Below the pieces are notes generated by a model. The model did no database searches. It had not been told where the DNA came from and was given only the letters and a program-made list of their open reading frames with translations. From the IMG/VR virus record IMGVR_UViG_3300025299_000105: a stretch of 64,000 nucleotides of DNA; one strand, 5' to 3'. This stretch comes from a virus. The position numbers and the translations under genes were made by a program. The stretch's first letter is position 1. Every line of letters starts with the position of its first letter. Below, in pieces: positions 46,148-55,681 of the stretch.

Positions 46148-46485
46148 GCGCCGCGCAGCACACACCAGGGCCGTGGGTGGTTCAGCGTTACGTCGGGAGC
46201 GACGCGTTCCAGGTGCACGCCTGGGGACTAGCGAGCAATGGCTACCAACCCAAGCGGCTTCCCGTCGCTTGGATCCCGAACGGCTGGTACAGGGGCGATG
46301 CAGCTCTGCACCACGAACTGGAGGCGAATGCTCGCCTGATCGCCGCCGCGCCCGAGCTCTTTGATGCCTTGCGGCCTTTCGTCACGCACAACAGTAGCGA
46401 CGAAACGATCACGATCACCGTGCGCACGGCCGACGTGACACGCGCGCGCGCCGCCCTCGCCAAGGCGCAGGAGGCCGCATCGTGA
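46144..46485 (+). CDS. Phage hypothetical protein (HTPGPW family)
   Basis: HTPGPW...EANARLIAAAPEL. Confidence 0.75.
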   Translation: MSAAQHTPGPWVVQRYVGSDAFQVHAWGLASNGYQPKRLPVAWIPNGWYRGDAALHHELEANARLIAAAPELFDALRPFVTHNSSDETITITVRTADVTRARAALAKAQEAAS

Positions 46486-46751
46486 CCCGCCGCAGCATCA
46501 GCCAGCACCTGGACAAGGTCCTTCGAGCCCAGAAGGCCGCGCCGGTCGCCTTCGAGCAGCCGCACTTCCTCTTCGATGATTTGGGCGCACTGCCACAGTT
46601 CGGCGAGCACCAGCTCTGCGTGATCCCCTTCGAGGGGCACCTCGCCGACCTGAAGCTGGTCGAGTGGCGCGAAGTCCTCGCCGAGCTGCTGCGCGACGAC
46701 GGCTCCGACCTCGTCGATACCTCCGATCTGCAGCTGGAGCCGCTGTCATGA
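46482..46751 (+). CDS. Hypothetical protein
   Basis: Coupled 89-aa ORF. Confidence 0.55.
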   Translation: MTRRSISQHLDKVLRAQKAAPVAFEQPHFLFDDLGALPQFGEHQLCVIPFEGHLADLKLVEWREVLAELLRDDGSDLVDTSDLQLEPLS

Positions 46752-47074
46752 GCGCCGCCATCAACACCGGCGGGCCCGCCTTCCCGGTCAACGACTTGCA
46801 GAGCGCGCACGCGACTGCGATGGCCGCTTCCATCGACATCGAGGATCCCGCAGAGCGCGAGCGCGCCTACATCCTGGCCCGCGCTGAGGCCGTGATCGGC
46901 ATGACGATGCGCGACTACTTCGCCAGCCATGCCAGCGAGCACGACGTGCAGTGCGCTCTGGAAGACCTCGGGCGCACCGGCGGGCTCATCGGAGCGCCGA
47001 CCGGTATCGACCGCCACGCGATCGCGCGCTATGCGCACGCGGACGCCATGCTGAGAGCGAGGGCTGCATCGTGA
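46748..47074 (+). CDS. Phage hypothetical protein (TGGPAFP...GMTxRDYFA family)
   Basis: NTGGPAFP, GMTMRDYFA, ADAMLRAR. Confidence 0.75.
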   Translation: MSAAINTGGPAFPVNDLQSAHATAMAASIDIEDPAERERAYILARAEAVIGMTMRDYFASHASEHDVQCALEDLGRTGGLIGAPTGIDRHAIARYAHADAMLRARAAS

Positions 47075-47283
47075 GCGGCAGATCTTCACAAGGGCGATGC
47101 GATCGCGCTGCTGGTCGGTATCGAACGCCACCAAGCCGAGCAGAAGGCTCGGAGAGATGCGAAGAATGGAGCCGCATCGTGAGGACGCGCACGGTCATCG
47201 CCCTGATCGTCAGCTTCCTCGCTGCCGAGCTCGCGCTCTTCGTCGCGATCTTCTGCACCCTGAAGGAAGGGGGTGTGATTTGA
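47071..47283 (+). CDS. Small membrane protein
   Basis: C-terminal hydrophobic helix; coupled GTG start. Confidence 0.45.
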   Translation: MSGRSSQGRCDRAAGRYRTPPSRAEGSERCEEWSRIVRTRTVIALIVSFLAAELALFVAIFCTLKEGGVI

Positions 47284-47546
47284 ACCTCATCCACACCCCT
47301 CTGACCGCCCCGCGTCAGTTCGTCGGCACCGTCGATGCCACGCACGACAGCCGCAGGCCCACCGCGCGCTGCCTAGAGCAGCTGCAGGGCCACCAGCGCA
47401 GCAGCACCGCGGAGATCGTGCCCATGGACACGCCAGAGCGCATGCCGCGCGCTGACTTGATCGTCACGGTGGCCAGCACCTGCGCCGGCGTCGCCGTGGT
47501 CCTTCTTCTCATCGCCGAAAGGGTTGCGCCATGGCTGTTCGTCTAG
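47280..47546 (+). CDS. Small membrane protein
   Basis: C-terminal TM helix; TTG start after GGGGG. Confidence 0.45.
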   Translation: MNLIHTPLTAPRQFVGTVDATHDSRRPTARCLEQLQGHQRSSTAEIVPMDTPERMPRADLIVTVASTCAGVAVVLLLIAERVAPWLFV

Positions 47547-47734
47547 CCGTCGACAACACGCGCAAGGCGCGCCCGCACTACTTCCCAGACGACACGCCAG
47601 AGCCTGTCGCCGAGCCCTACGGCTCCATCGATGCACTGCTGCAGCCGGTGCGCCGCCTCGCGCGCGCCCTGATCTTCATCCTCATGGCCGCTGCAGTGCT
47701 CGGCTACGGGGGCTTCTTCATCTTCACCCGCTGA
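47531..47734 (+). CDS. Small membrane protein
   Basis: C-terminal TM helix. Confidence 0.5.
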   Translation: MAVRLAVDNTRKARPHYFPDDTPEPVAEPYGSIDALLQPVRRLARALIFILMAAAVLGYGGFFIFTR

Positions 47735-47743
47735 AAGACCACC

Positions 47744-48574
47744 ATGGAAGTACTCGACGCTCAACCGCTTGCCACCGTGCGCGCCAGCTCCTGGCCCACG
47801 CTCTTCGACTGCTCGTACAAGTGGTACTGGCAGAACGTCATGGGCCTTCGCAGCCCGTCGGGCGGCGCCGCCCATCTCGGTACCGCCGTGCACGCCGGCA
47901 CCGCGGTCTACGACCAGGCCATCCTCGACGGCAAGTTCATCAGCGTCGGCGAGGCGGTCGACGCCGCGCGGGAGTCCCTGCAGAGCCCGGAAGACGATGT
48001 TGCCTGGGACGAGAACCTTTCCCCCGCCGATGCCGACAGCTTCGCGGTGAAGCTGACGACGAAGTACTGCCTCGACATCGCGCCGACCCGCACCTACACC
48101 GCGGTCGAACTGAAGTGCACGGCGCTCGACATCCAGACCGCGCACGGCGTCGTCCGCCTCACTGGCACCACCGACCGCATCCGCCTGTTGGAAGACGGCC
48201 GCAAGGGTGCCACCGACCTGAAGACCGGCGGGCGCGCCACTGAAAAGACCGAGTCCGGCGCCCGCCGCGCGGTCACCAAGGGCCACCACATCCAGCTCGG
48301 CATCTACACGCTGATGGCCGAGCAGGCCTCGGGCGAACGCATGGATGCCCCCGCCGAAATCATCGGCCTGCAGACCACCAAGGACACGCCCTGCGCCACC
48401 GGCGAACTCGCCGACGTGAAGACGCCGCTCCTCGGCGACGGCAAGTTCCCCGGCCTCATCGAGATCGCCGCCGGGATGCTGAAGAGCGGTGTCTTCCCGC
48501 CGAACCCGAAGTCGAACCTGTGCTCGCGCAAGTTCTGCCCGGCCTACGCCTCGCACTGCAAGTACCACGACTGA
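47744..48574 (+). CDS. PD-(D/E)XK RecB/Cas4-like exonuclease
   Basis: CSYKW, LGTAVH, GTTDRI...TDLKTG, QLGIY, NLCSRKFCPAYASHC. Confidence 0.85.
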   Translation: MEVLDAQPLATVRASSWPTLFDCSYKWYWQNVMGLRSPSGGAAHLGTAVHAGTAVYDQAILDGKFISVGEAVDAARESLQSPEDDVAWDENLSPADADSFAVKLTTKYCLDIAPTRTYTAVELKCTALDIQTAHGVVRLTGTTDRIRLLEDGRKGATDLKTGGRATEKTESGARRAVTKGHHIQLGIYTLMAEQASGERMDAPAEIIGLQTTKDTPCATGELADVKTPLLGDGKFPGLIEIAAGMLKSGVFPPNPKSNLCSRKFCPAYASHCKYHD

Positions 48575-48597
48575 TCACCACACCCACAAGGAAAGCC

Positions 48598-49863
48598 ATG
48601 TCTGCAACTGCCACCGCAGCGGCTCCGGCCGCGAACTCCGCCACCATCCAGCAGCTGCGCCAGCACCAGCTCGCAGCTGCACCGGAGCCCGCCGACCAGG
48701 TCGTGGACCTGTTCTCGTCGCGCGGCTTCGCGCTCGCGCAGCGCATCGCACAGGCGTTCTCCACGTCGAACGCTGTGCCCGTCGCCTTCCGGCAATGGGT
48801 CGAGAAGAAGCTGCCGGGCGGCGGGACGGAGTTGGTGGAGAACACGAACGCCATGGGCAACTGCCTGGTCGCGATCGAAACCGCCCGCGCCGTCGGCATG
48901 AGCATCACCGCGGTGATGCAGAACGCCAACGTGATCGAGGGGCGGCTCACGTGGTCGGGCCAGTACAAGATCGCGGCGATCAACGCCAGCAAGCGCTTCA
49001 CGCCCCTGCGCTTCGACGTCGTCAACAAGGGCGTCATCAAGGCCACCTACAAGGAAAAGCAGGGCTGGAACCGCGAGAACCGGCGCTTCGACTTCAAGGA
49101 CATCACGGTCGAGATCGAGAACCTCGAGTGCGTGGCCTGGGCGCTTCCGGGGAACATGGCGTTTCCGCCGAACGTGCGCACCCTGGCCGACGCGAAGGCT
49201 CTCAAGCTGCCAGTGATCGAGTCGGCGCCGGTCAGCATGAAGCTCGCCGTGGAGGAAGGCTGGTACGGCAAGGCCGGCTCGAAGTGGCAGACCGAAATGA
49301 AGCACCTGATGCTTCAGTACCGGGCCGGCAGCTTCTTCGGGAACATCCACGCGCCCGACATCGTGATGGGCATGGGCCGCACTACCGAGGAGATGCAGGA
49401 CGCCGTCGTCATCGACCTCGACCAAGACTCCGTGCGCGTGACCAGCACCGAGGACCTGCGAACCGGACCTGCGGCGAGCTCGGCCGCCGAGGTCACGCAG
49501 AAGAACGGCATCGACCCGGAACAGGAAGAGCCCGCGGCCGGCGAAGCGGCAGCCGGCGCATCCGGCGCGGGCGCAACCGCCGACAGCGCCACCACCGCCA
49601 CCGCCGCCACGGATGTGAAGAGCAACGGTCTCGACATCGATGCCTTCGCCGAGCGGCTGAGCGCATGCAAGGACCAGGACTCCCTGGATGCCGCGATGGA
49701 CAGCCTGCGCGCGCTCAATCCCACCGAGGAGCAGCGCGCCGTGCTCTCGGATGTCTACCAGCGCCGGGCCACCGAGCTCGAAGGCTCGGCCAGCGCGCCG
49801 CCGGCTCCGGCCGCCGCACCCACCAGCCGCCGCGCCCGCGGCACTACCCCTTCCATCGACTGA
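48598..49863 (+). CDS. Putative single-strand annealing recombinase (RecT/Red-beta-like)
   Basis: Follows the exonuclease; CLVAIETARAVGM...VMQN...IEGRLTW; GSKWQTEMKHLMLQYRA. Confidence 0.6.
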   Translation: MSATATAAAPAANSATIQQLRQHQLAAAPEPADQVVDLFSSRGFALAQRIAQAFSTSNAVPVAFRQWVEKKLPGGGTELVENTNAMGNCLVAIETARAVGMSITAVMQNANVIEGRLTWSGQYKIAAINASKRFTPLRFDVVNKGVIKATYKEKQGWNRENRRFDFKDITVEIENLECVAWALPGNMAFPPNVRTLADAKALKLPVIESAPVSMKLAVEEGWYGKAGSKWQTEMKHLMLQYRAGSFFGNIHAPDIVMGMGRTTEEMQDAVVIDLDQDSVRVTSTEDLRTGPAASSAAEVTQKNGIDPEQEEPAAGEAAAGASGAGATADSATTATAATDVKSNGLDIDAFAERLSACKDQDSLDAAMDSLRALNPTEEQRAVLSDVYQRRATELEGSASAPPAPAAAPTSRRARGTTPSID

Positions 49864-49873
49864 GCCCACCACC

Positions 49874-51631
49874 ATGAAGATCACCCACATCACGGCCGAG
49901 AACTTCCTCGGCGTCCGCCGCGCCGATGTCGCGCTGGACAGGCCCATCACCCTCTTCGGCGGCAGCAACTACGCCGGCAAGAGCAGCCTGCAGGAAGCCA
50001 TCCGCATGGCGCTCACGGGCGAGGCCGTGCGCGTCGGCCTGAAGAAGGAATACGGCGCCTTGGTCAACGAGGGCCAGAAGGTCGGCTTCGCCGAGGTCGC
50101 GATCGCTGGCAGCGGCCCCGAGGTGGAAACCGCGAGCATCGTTTTGCCCACCGGCAAGGCCTCGCAATCCAAGGGCTTCACGGTGCCCGCAGCTCTGCCC
50201 TACGTGCTCGACGCCCAGCGCTTCAGCAGCATGGACGACAAGGCCCGGCGCACGTTCCTGTTCGGCCTCATGGGCATCAGGATCACGCCCGATACGGTGT
50301 CCCAGCGCCTGATCGAAAAGGGCCACGACAAGGCGCGGGTCGATCGCGTCGCGCCGATGCTGCGCGCCGGCTTCGAGGCCGCTTGCACCGAGGCCAAGGC
50401 GAAGGCGACCGAAGCGAAAGGCTCCTGGCGCGCATTGACCGGTGAGACATACGGCGCTGTGAAGGCCGCGAGTTGGAAGGCGCCAGAGGTGTCCACCGAC
50501 CCGGCGGCGCTGACCACGGCCCAGCAGCGCCTCGCCGACATCGACACGCAGATCGCCAGCAGCCATCAGGCGCTGGGCGCCCTGCAGGCTGACATGCGGG
50601 CGCATACCGCCCGGGACGCGCGCATCGAAGCACTGCGCGAGCCCGCCGACCGGCTCGAGCGCGTGACCGCCAAGCTGGCCGCCGACGAGAAGGATCTCGC
50701 CGACTGGGAAGCGCGCGTGCGGGAAACGGAGGCGAAGGCTGCCGGCGCGGCACCGACGCAACCGCTGACCTGCCCGCATTGCAGCGGCCATGTGGAACTC
50801 GTCGGCAAGGAACTGCGGGCCTACGAAGCGCCCGCCGGCGTGCGCGACGAGGAAGCGGCCGCAGCGCTGCCCGCGGTGGTGCGCTCCCGCGACCTGCTGC
50901 GTTCCGCCGTGGCCAACGACAAGCGCGACCTCGAAGCGGCACGCGCTGCGTCGGCTGAGCTCAAGGCCCTCACCGAAGGCGATCAGCCCGCAGCACCGAA
51001 GCAGTCCGACATCGACGCGGCTTCGCAGGCCCTGGCGGCGCTGAAGCAGAAGCGCGCGGGCGCCGCAGCCGAGGTCGAAAAGCTCGAAGCCGTCGCACGC
51101 GCCAACAAGGAAGCGGCCGCGAAGACCAGCACTGCCGCCGGCTACCACGCGGAAGTGGCGGCCTGGGATGCCATCGCGGTGGATCTCGCACCCGACGGCA
51201 TCCCCGGCCAGATGTTGGCCGAGGCACTGGAGCCGATCAACACGCGTCTGCAGCAGAGCGCGGTCGATGCGGAGTGGCTGCGCGTCGGCATCGACGCCGA
51301 CATGTCGATCACCTGCATGACGCCTAGCGGCGGCGCGCGGCCGTACGCACTGCTGAGCGAGTCCGAGCGCTGGCGCGTCGATGCCATGGTGGCCGAGGCC
51401 ATCAGCTTCCAGTCCGGCGTGAAGCTGCTGGTGCTCGATCGCTTCGACGTGCTCGACGCCCAGGGCCGCGGCGACCTGCTGGCCTGGCTCGATGTCCTCG
51501 CCCAGAACGGCGAGATCGAAACCGCCCTCCTCTTCGGCACGCTGAAGGCACTGCCCTCAGATCTGCCGGCCACCGTCGCCGCGGAGTGGATCAACAACGG
51601 CCACGTCGGCCAGCTCAAGGAAGCAGCATGA
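49874..51631 (+). CDS. Rad50/SbcC-like ABC ATPase
   Basis: Walker A GSNYAGKSS, coiled coils, CPHC hook, LSESE signature, LLVLDRFD Walker B variant. Confidence 0.85.
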   Translation: MKITHITAENFLGVRRADVALDRPITLFGGSNYAGKSSLQEAIRMALTGEAVRVGLKKEYGALVNEGQKVGFAEVAIAGSGPEVETASIVLPTGKASQSKGFTVPAALPYVLDAQRFSSMDDKARRTFLFGLMGIRITPDTVSQRLIEKGHDKARVDRVAPMLRAGFEAACTEAKAKATEAKGSWRALTGETYGAVKAASWKAPEVSTDPAALTTAQQRLADIDTQIASSHQALGALQADMRAHTARDARIEALREPADRLERVTAKLAADEKDLADWEARVRETEAKAAGAAPTQPLTCPHCSGHVELVGKELRAYEAPAGVRDEEAAAALPAVVRSRDLLRSAVANDKRDLEAARAASAELKALTEGDQPAAPKQSDIDAASQALAALKQKRAGAAAEVEKLEAVARANKEAAAKTSTAAGYHAEVAAWDAIAVDLAPDGIPGQMLAEALEPINTRLQQSAVDAEWLRVGIDADMSITCMTPSGGARPYALLSESERWRVDAMVAEAISFQSGVKLLVLDRFDVLDAQGRGDLLAWLDVLAQNGEIETALLFGTLKALPSDLPATVAAEWINNGHVGQLKEAA

Positions 51632-52245
51632 AACTCGCCCTCTTCTACGACTTCGAAACCCAGTCGCTGCCGCTCTTCAAGGAACCGAGCGAGCACCCCG
51701 GCCAGCCGCACTTCGTGCAGGTCGGCGCCGAACTAGTCGACCTGGAGACGCGGCGCGTTTTCAGCACGCTCGATGTCGTCGTGAAGCCCGACGGCTGGAC
51801 GATACCCGAGGACACCGCCGCTATCCACGGCATCACCACCGAGATGGCGCTGGACGTCGGCATCCCCGAGCACCTCGCGCTGCGCATGCTGCTCGCGATG
51901 TGGCGCCGCGCCGATGTCCGCATCGGCCACAACGAGAGCTTCGACGCCCGGATCGCGCGCATCGCCTGCATGCGCTTCCTGGACGAGGCCACGGCCGACG
52001 ACTGGAAGGCCGGCAGCGCGGAATGCACGCAGCTGATCAGCACGCCGATCCTGAAGCTGCCGCCCACGGACAAGATGAAGCGCGCCGGCTTCTTCAAGCA
52101 CAAGAGCGCCAACCTGGGCGAGGCCTACGAGTTCTTCACCGGCAAGAAGCTCGAAGGGGCCCACAGCGCCATCGTCGACGTACGGGCTTGCCAGGAGGTC
52201 TATTTCGCGGCCACCAGCCGCAGCACCGAACTCGCGGCGGCCTGA
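51628..52245 (+). CDS. DnaQ-like 3'-5' exonuclease
   Basis: FYDFET, IHGIT, IGHNESFD, AHSAIVDV (DEDDh). Confidence 0.9.
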   Translation: MKLALFYDFETQSLPLFKEPSEHPGQPHFVQVGAELVDLETRRVFSTLDVVVKPDGWTIPEDTAAIHGITTEMALDVGIPEHLALRMLLAMWRRADVRIGHNESFDARIARIACMRFLDEATADDWKAGSAECTQLISTPILKLPPTDKMKRAGFFKHKSANLGEAYEFFTGKKLEGAHSAIVDVRACQEVYFAATSRSTELAAA

Positions 52246-52246
52246 C

Positions 52247-52486
52247 ATGGACAACCTCGAGTTCTGGCTGGTCTGGAATCCGGAGGGTCACCGCCCTCCC
52301 CAGTACCAGCACCACAGCGCGAAGAATGCCGCTGACGAGGCCGAGCGCCTGGCAGCGATCAATCCCGGCCAGTCGTTCTACGTGCTGCAGGCGACGGAAC
52401 TGCGCCGCACCGCTGACGCACCGGTCCAGGCCCTCGTGCTGCTGAAGCGGCCGGAGCCGGACCCCGACGACTACATGCCGTTTTGA
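52247..52486 (+). CDS. Phage hypothetical protein
   Basis: FWLVWNPEG..P...H...A..EAERLA..NPG..FYVL. Confidence 0.7.
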   Translation: MDNLEFWLVWNPEGHRPPQYQHHSAKNAADEAERLAAINPGQSFYVLQATELRRTADAPVQALVLLKRPEPDPDDYMPF

Positions 52487-52602
52487 CCAATTTTCGGGCG
52501 ACACCAGCCGGCCGGGCTCCCTCCCTCCTCCAGACCACGTTTTCCCTGCCGGCCCGCGCAAGCGGCGCCTTCTTTCTTTTCTTCAACCACAGGAGCTACT
52601 CC

Positions 52603-53340
52603 ATGTTTTCTCTCCCCGAGTTCACGAAGGTCAAGGTGCTCGATGTCCACCTGCTGAGCCAGAAGAACCGGCCGCCGGGCGCGAACCCGGGCGTGCGCCT
52701 CAACGTGCAGGCCGACCTTCCGAACTACGCGCTCGCAGCGTTCGATCCCGCACTGCGCACCGCCCTGTTCACGAAGACCGAGGCCGCAGGCGGCAGCGCC
52801 AAGGACAAGCGCCAGACCTTGCCGGGTGTCGAGGAGATCAGCGATCTCCCGCACCTGACCTCCATGGCGCGCCACATCAAGAAGGTGCCGTGGACCGAAA
52901 AGCTCACGGGCTACACCGGCGAGATCGATCACGGCGTCGGCGGCAAGTCGAACCTCCCGATCACGGATGCATCGCTCGAGAACTGGCGCTTCCAGGCCAA
53001 GCAGGGTGGCACTGTGGCGACCTGGTGGAGCATCGAGATGGTCGACGTGCCGAAGCTGGTGCTGGCCGAGCTCGCCATGCTCAAGAGCCGCGAGGTGCCG
53101 CTGAAGCTGCTGGAGCCCGAGGTCCGCCAGCAGCAGCTCGACGACGGCGCAGAACAGCGCCAAGGCGCCGCGACGCCGCCGGCCAGCGCGCCCGCCGCGC
53201 AGCCGCAGGGCGACGGCAATGGCGCATGGCCGTTCCCGAACGACCCGCCTGGCAGCACCGCAGCAGCTCCGGCGAGCCGCCGCAAGGCCAACACCGCGAA
53301 GACCGCCGAAGAAGTCTTCGCCGAAGAGTCGAAGGCCTGA
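52603..53340 (+). CDS. Phage hypothetical protein
   Basis: AGGAG SD, 245 aa. Confidence 0.7.
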   Translation: MFSLPEFTKVKVLDVHLLSQKNRPPGANPGVRLNVQADLPNYALAAFDPALRTALFTKTEAAGGSAKDKRQTLPGVEEISDLPHLTSMARHIKKVPWTEKLTGYTGEIDHGVGGKSNLPITDASLENWRFQAKQGGTVATWWSIEMVDVPKLVLAELAMLKSREVPLKLLEPEVRQQQLDDGAEQRQGAATPPASAPAAQPQGDGNGAWPFPNDPPGSTAAAPASRRKANTAKTAEEVFAEESKA

Positions 53341-53346
53341 GACCCG

Positions 53347-53514
53347 ATGGACTTCGAGATCCTCACCATCGAGAAGATCCAGGGCGCCTTCGAGCGCGCC
53401 CTGGATCTGAGCTCGGATCGGGAACTGGCCATGCGCGCCGCCGCGCAGTCGCTCAACATCCCGGTCGAGTCCGTGCGCGAGGCCCTGGCCATCAGCGAGG
53501 GCACACCGGTATGA
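53347..53514 (+). CDS. Small hypothetical protein
   Basis: 55 aa, ATGA-coupled to the methyltransferase. Confidence 0.55.
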   Translation: MDFEILTIEKIQGAFERALDLSSDRELAMRAAAQSLNIPVESVREALAISEGTPV

Positions 53515-55412
53515 AGACCGTCGAGATCCGGCACTTCCACGCCTTCGTCGGCCTCGGCGGCGGCGCCCGCGGCTTCAACAAGGCGAACCCGCGCGTCGGC
53601 AACCTACAGGCGAAGTTCCGCTGCATCGGCGGGATCGACGTCGACGCCGCGGCCATCCGCGACTTCAACCGGCTGGCCAACGCCACCGGCACGGTGCTGG
53701 ATCTCTTCGATCGCAGCCAGTTCGAGGCCTTCCACGGCCGTCCGCCGCCGGCAGGCTGGACGGAGGCTATGCCAGCCGACATCCATCTCGCCGCCGGCCA
53801 CGAGCGCCCGCACATCGTCTTCCTCTCGGCGCCCTGCAAGGGCTTCAGCGGTCTGCTGTCCGAGGGGAAGAGCAAGACCGACAAGTACCAGGCCCTGAAC
53901 CGCCTCACGCTGCGCGGCGTCTGGCTGATGCTGGAGGCCTGGAGGGACGATCCGCCGGAGTTGTTCGTCTTCGAGAACGTGCCTCGCATCGCCACGCGCG
54001 GCCGGCACCTGCTCGACCAGATCGTCGACCTGCTGCGCAGCTACGGCTACGCGGTGGCCGAGACGACGCACGATTGCGGCGAACTCGGTGGCCTGGCACA
54101 GAGCCGCAAGCGCTTCCTCCTGGTGGCCCGGCACATCGAGAAGGTGCCGCCGTTCCTGTACGAGCCCGAGAAGCGCTCGCTGCGCGCCGTCGGCGATGTG
54201 CTCGGCAAGATGCTGATGCCCGGCGACATGCGCGCAGGCCCTATGCACCGCATTCCCGCACTCCAGTGGAAGACGTGGGTTCGCCTCGCCTTCGTGGAAG
54301 CCGGCAGCGACTGGCGCAGCCTGAACAAGCTGGCCGTGGAGAACGGGCACCTGCGGGACTACCTGATCGTGCCCGACATGCACCACGGCGTGCTGGGCGT
54401 GCGCGAGTGGGGTCAGCCTGCTGGTGCAGTGGCTGGCGCCAGCCGCCCGCAGAACGGATCCTTCGCGATCGCCGACCCGCGCCAGCAGCTCTATGCGGCC
54501 GGCTACGGTGTGACCGAGTGGGACGCGCCCAGCGGCGCGGTGGCTGGCGAGTCACTGCCGTCGAACGGGATGTTCGCCATCGCCGACCCTCGTTTCGAGC
54601 AGTCGACGAAATGGACAGACGGCCAGGCCTACGGCGTGCGCCGGTGGGACGCGCCCATGGGCACGATCGGGGGGCAGCAGAATCCCGGCCAGGGCAGCTA
54701 CACGATTGCCGACCCTCGGCACCAAGGGCCCGCGAAGCACAGCAACGAATTCCGCATCGTGCCCTGGGCCAGCGCCAGCTGCGCCGTCACCAGCGCGCAC
54801 GGGAGCGGGCAGGCTGTAGCCGACCCTCGGCCCGAGTGGGACGGTCGCCATGGGCATCTGCATGTCGCCGACTGGGAGCGCACGAGCCGCACCGTGACGG
54901 CAGGCGGGAAAGGGGTCCAGGGCGGCTACCTGTCCGTTGCAGATCCGCGCAGCGGCATGGCGCGCGGCAAGGGCGACGCCTACCTCTCAGGCGGCCACTA
55001 TGGGGTGACGTCATGGACGGGGCAGGCTGGTGCCGTCAGCGCGTCAGCGTGCCACGACAACGGCCGTTGGAGTGTCGCGGACCCTCGGCCGATGCCGGCA
55101 CCTGCCGACAAGCTGGTGTGCCGCATCCAGTCGCTGGACGGTACATGGCACCGCCCGTTCACGACTCTGGAGCTGGCCGCCTTGCAGTCGTTGTTCGATC
55201 CCGAGGAGCGCTTCGAGCTTGACGGTCTCAGCGATCAGGCCTGGCGCGAGCGCATCGGCAATGCCGTCCCCAGCGACGCGGCGTGCGCGATCGCCGAGGT
55301 GATGGGCACCACGCTGCTGCTGGCCATGTCCGGTGAAACCTTCATGCTGTCGGCCCAGCCGATCTGGGTGCGGGACGTGGCCATGGCTCTCACGATGCCG
55401 GGGGTGTCATGA
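53511..55412 (+). CDS. C5-cytosine DNA methyltransferase with tandem-repeat variable region
   Basis: FVGLGG (I), SAPCKGFS (IV, catalytic Cys), FENV (VI), QSRKR (VIII), ERIGNAVP (X); six ...ADPR repeats. Confidence 0.92.
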   Translation: MKTVEIRHFHAFVGLGGGARGFNKANPRVGNLQAKFRCIGGIDVDAAAIRDFNRLANATGTVLDLFDRSQFEAFHGRPPPAGWTEAMPADIHLAAGHERPHIVFLSAPCKGFSGLLSEGKSKTDKYQALNRLTLRGVWLMLEAWRDDPPELFVFENVPRIATRGRHLLDQIVDLLRSYGYAVAETTHDCGELGGLAQSRKRFLLVARHIEKVPPFLYEPEKRSLRAVGDVLGKMLMPGDMRAGPMHRIPALQWKTWVRLAFVEAGSDWRSLNKLAVENGHLRDYLIVPDMHHGVLGVREWGQPAGAVAGASRPQNGSFAIADPRQQLYAAGYGVTEWDAPSGAVAGESLPSNGMFAIADPRFEQSTKWTDGQAYGVRRWDAPMGTIGGQQNPGQGSYTIADPRHQGPAKHSNEFRIVPWASASCAVTSAHGSGQAVADPRPEWDGRHGHLHVADWERTSRTVTAGGKGVQGGYLSVADPRSGMARGKGDAYLSGGHYGVTSWTGQAGAVSASACHDNGRWSVADPRPMPAPADKLVCRIQSLDGTWHRPFTTLELAALQSLFDPEERFELDGLSDQAWRERIGNAVPSDAACAIAEVMGTTLLLAMSGETFMLSAQPIWVRDVAMALTMPGVS

Positions 55413-55681
55413 GTGCGAAGCCCTGCACACACCAGAACTTCGATGCCAGCTGCCGCGTGGCGCGGCTGGAAGACACCGGCCGCTTCATGCTGGAAGTGAC
55501 CGTGCATTGCACCGACTGCAAGCGGCCCTTCCAGTTCCTGGGCCTGCAGCCCGGCCTGAACTTCGACGGCGCCACGGTCAGCTTGGATGGTCTGGAAGCC
55601 AACCTCGCGATCTGCCCCCAGGGGCAGCGCCCGAATCCGTTCCAGGTTCTGCAGGGCTACACGATCAGGGGGACGAACTGA
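55409..55681 (+). CDS. Small Cys/His (Zn-binding-like) protein
   Basis: CTH...CTDC; overlaps the MTase stop and the next start. Confidence 0.7.
   Translation: MSAKPCTHQNFDASCRVARLEDTGRFMLEVTVHCTDCKRPFQFLGLQPGLNFDGATVSLDGLEANLAICPQGQRPNPFQVLQGYTIRGTN

Noticed and set aside
52890-53510. N-terminal extension giving an 840-aa methyltransferase
   Set aside because: It overlaps two real genes in other frames; motif I begins right after the coupled ATG at 53511.
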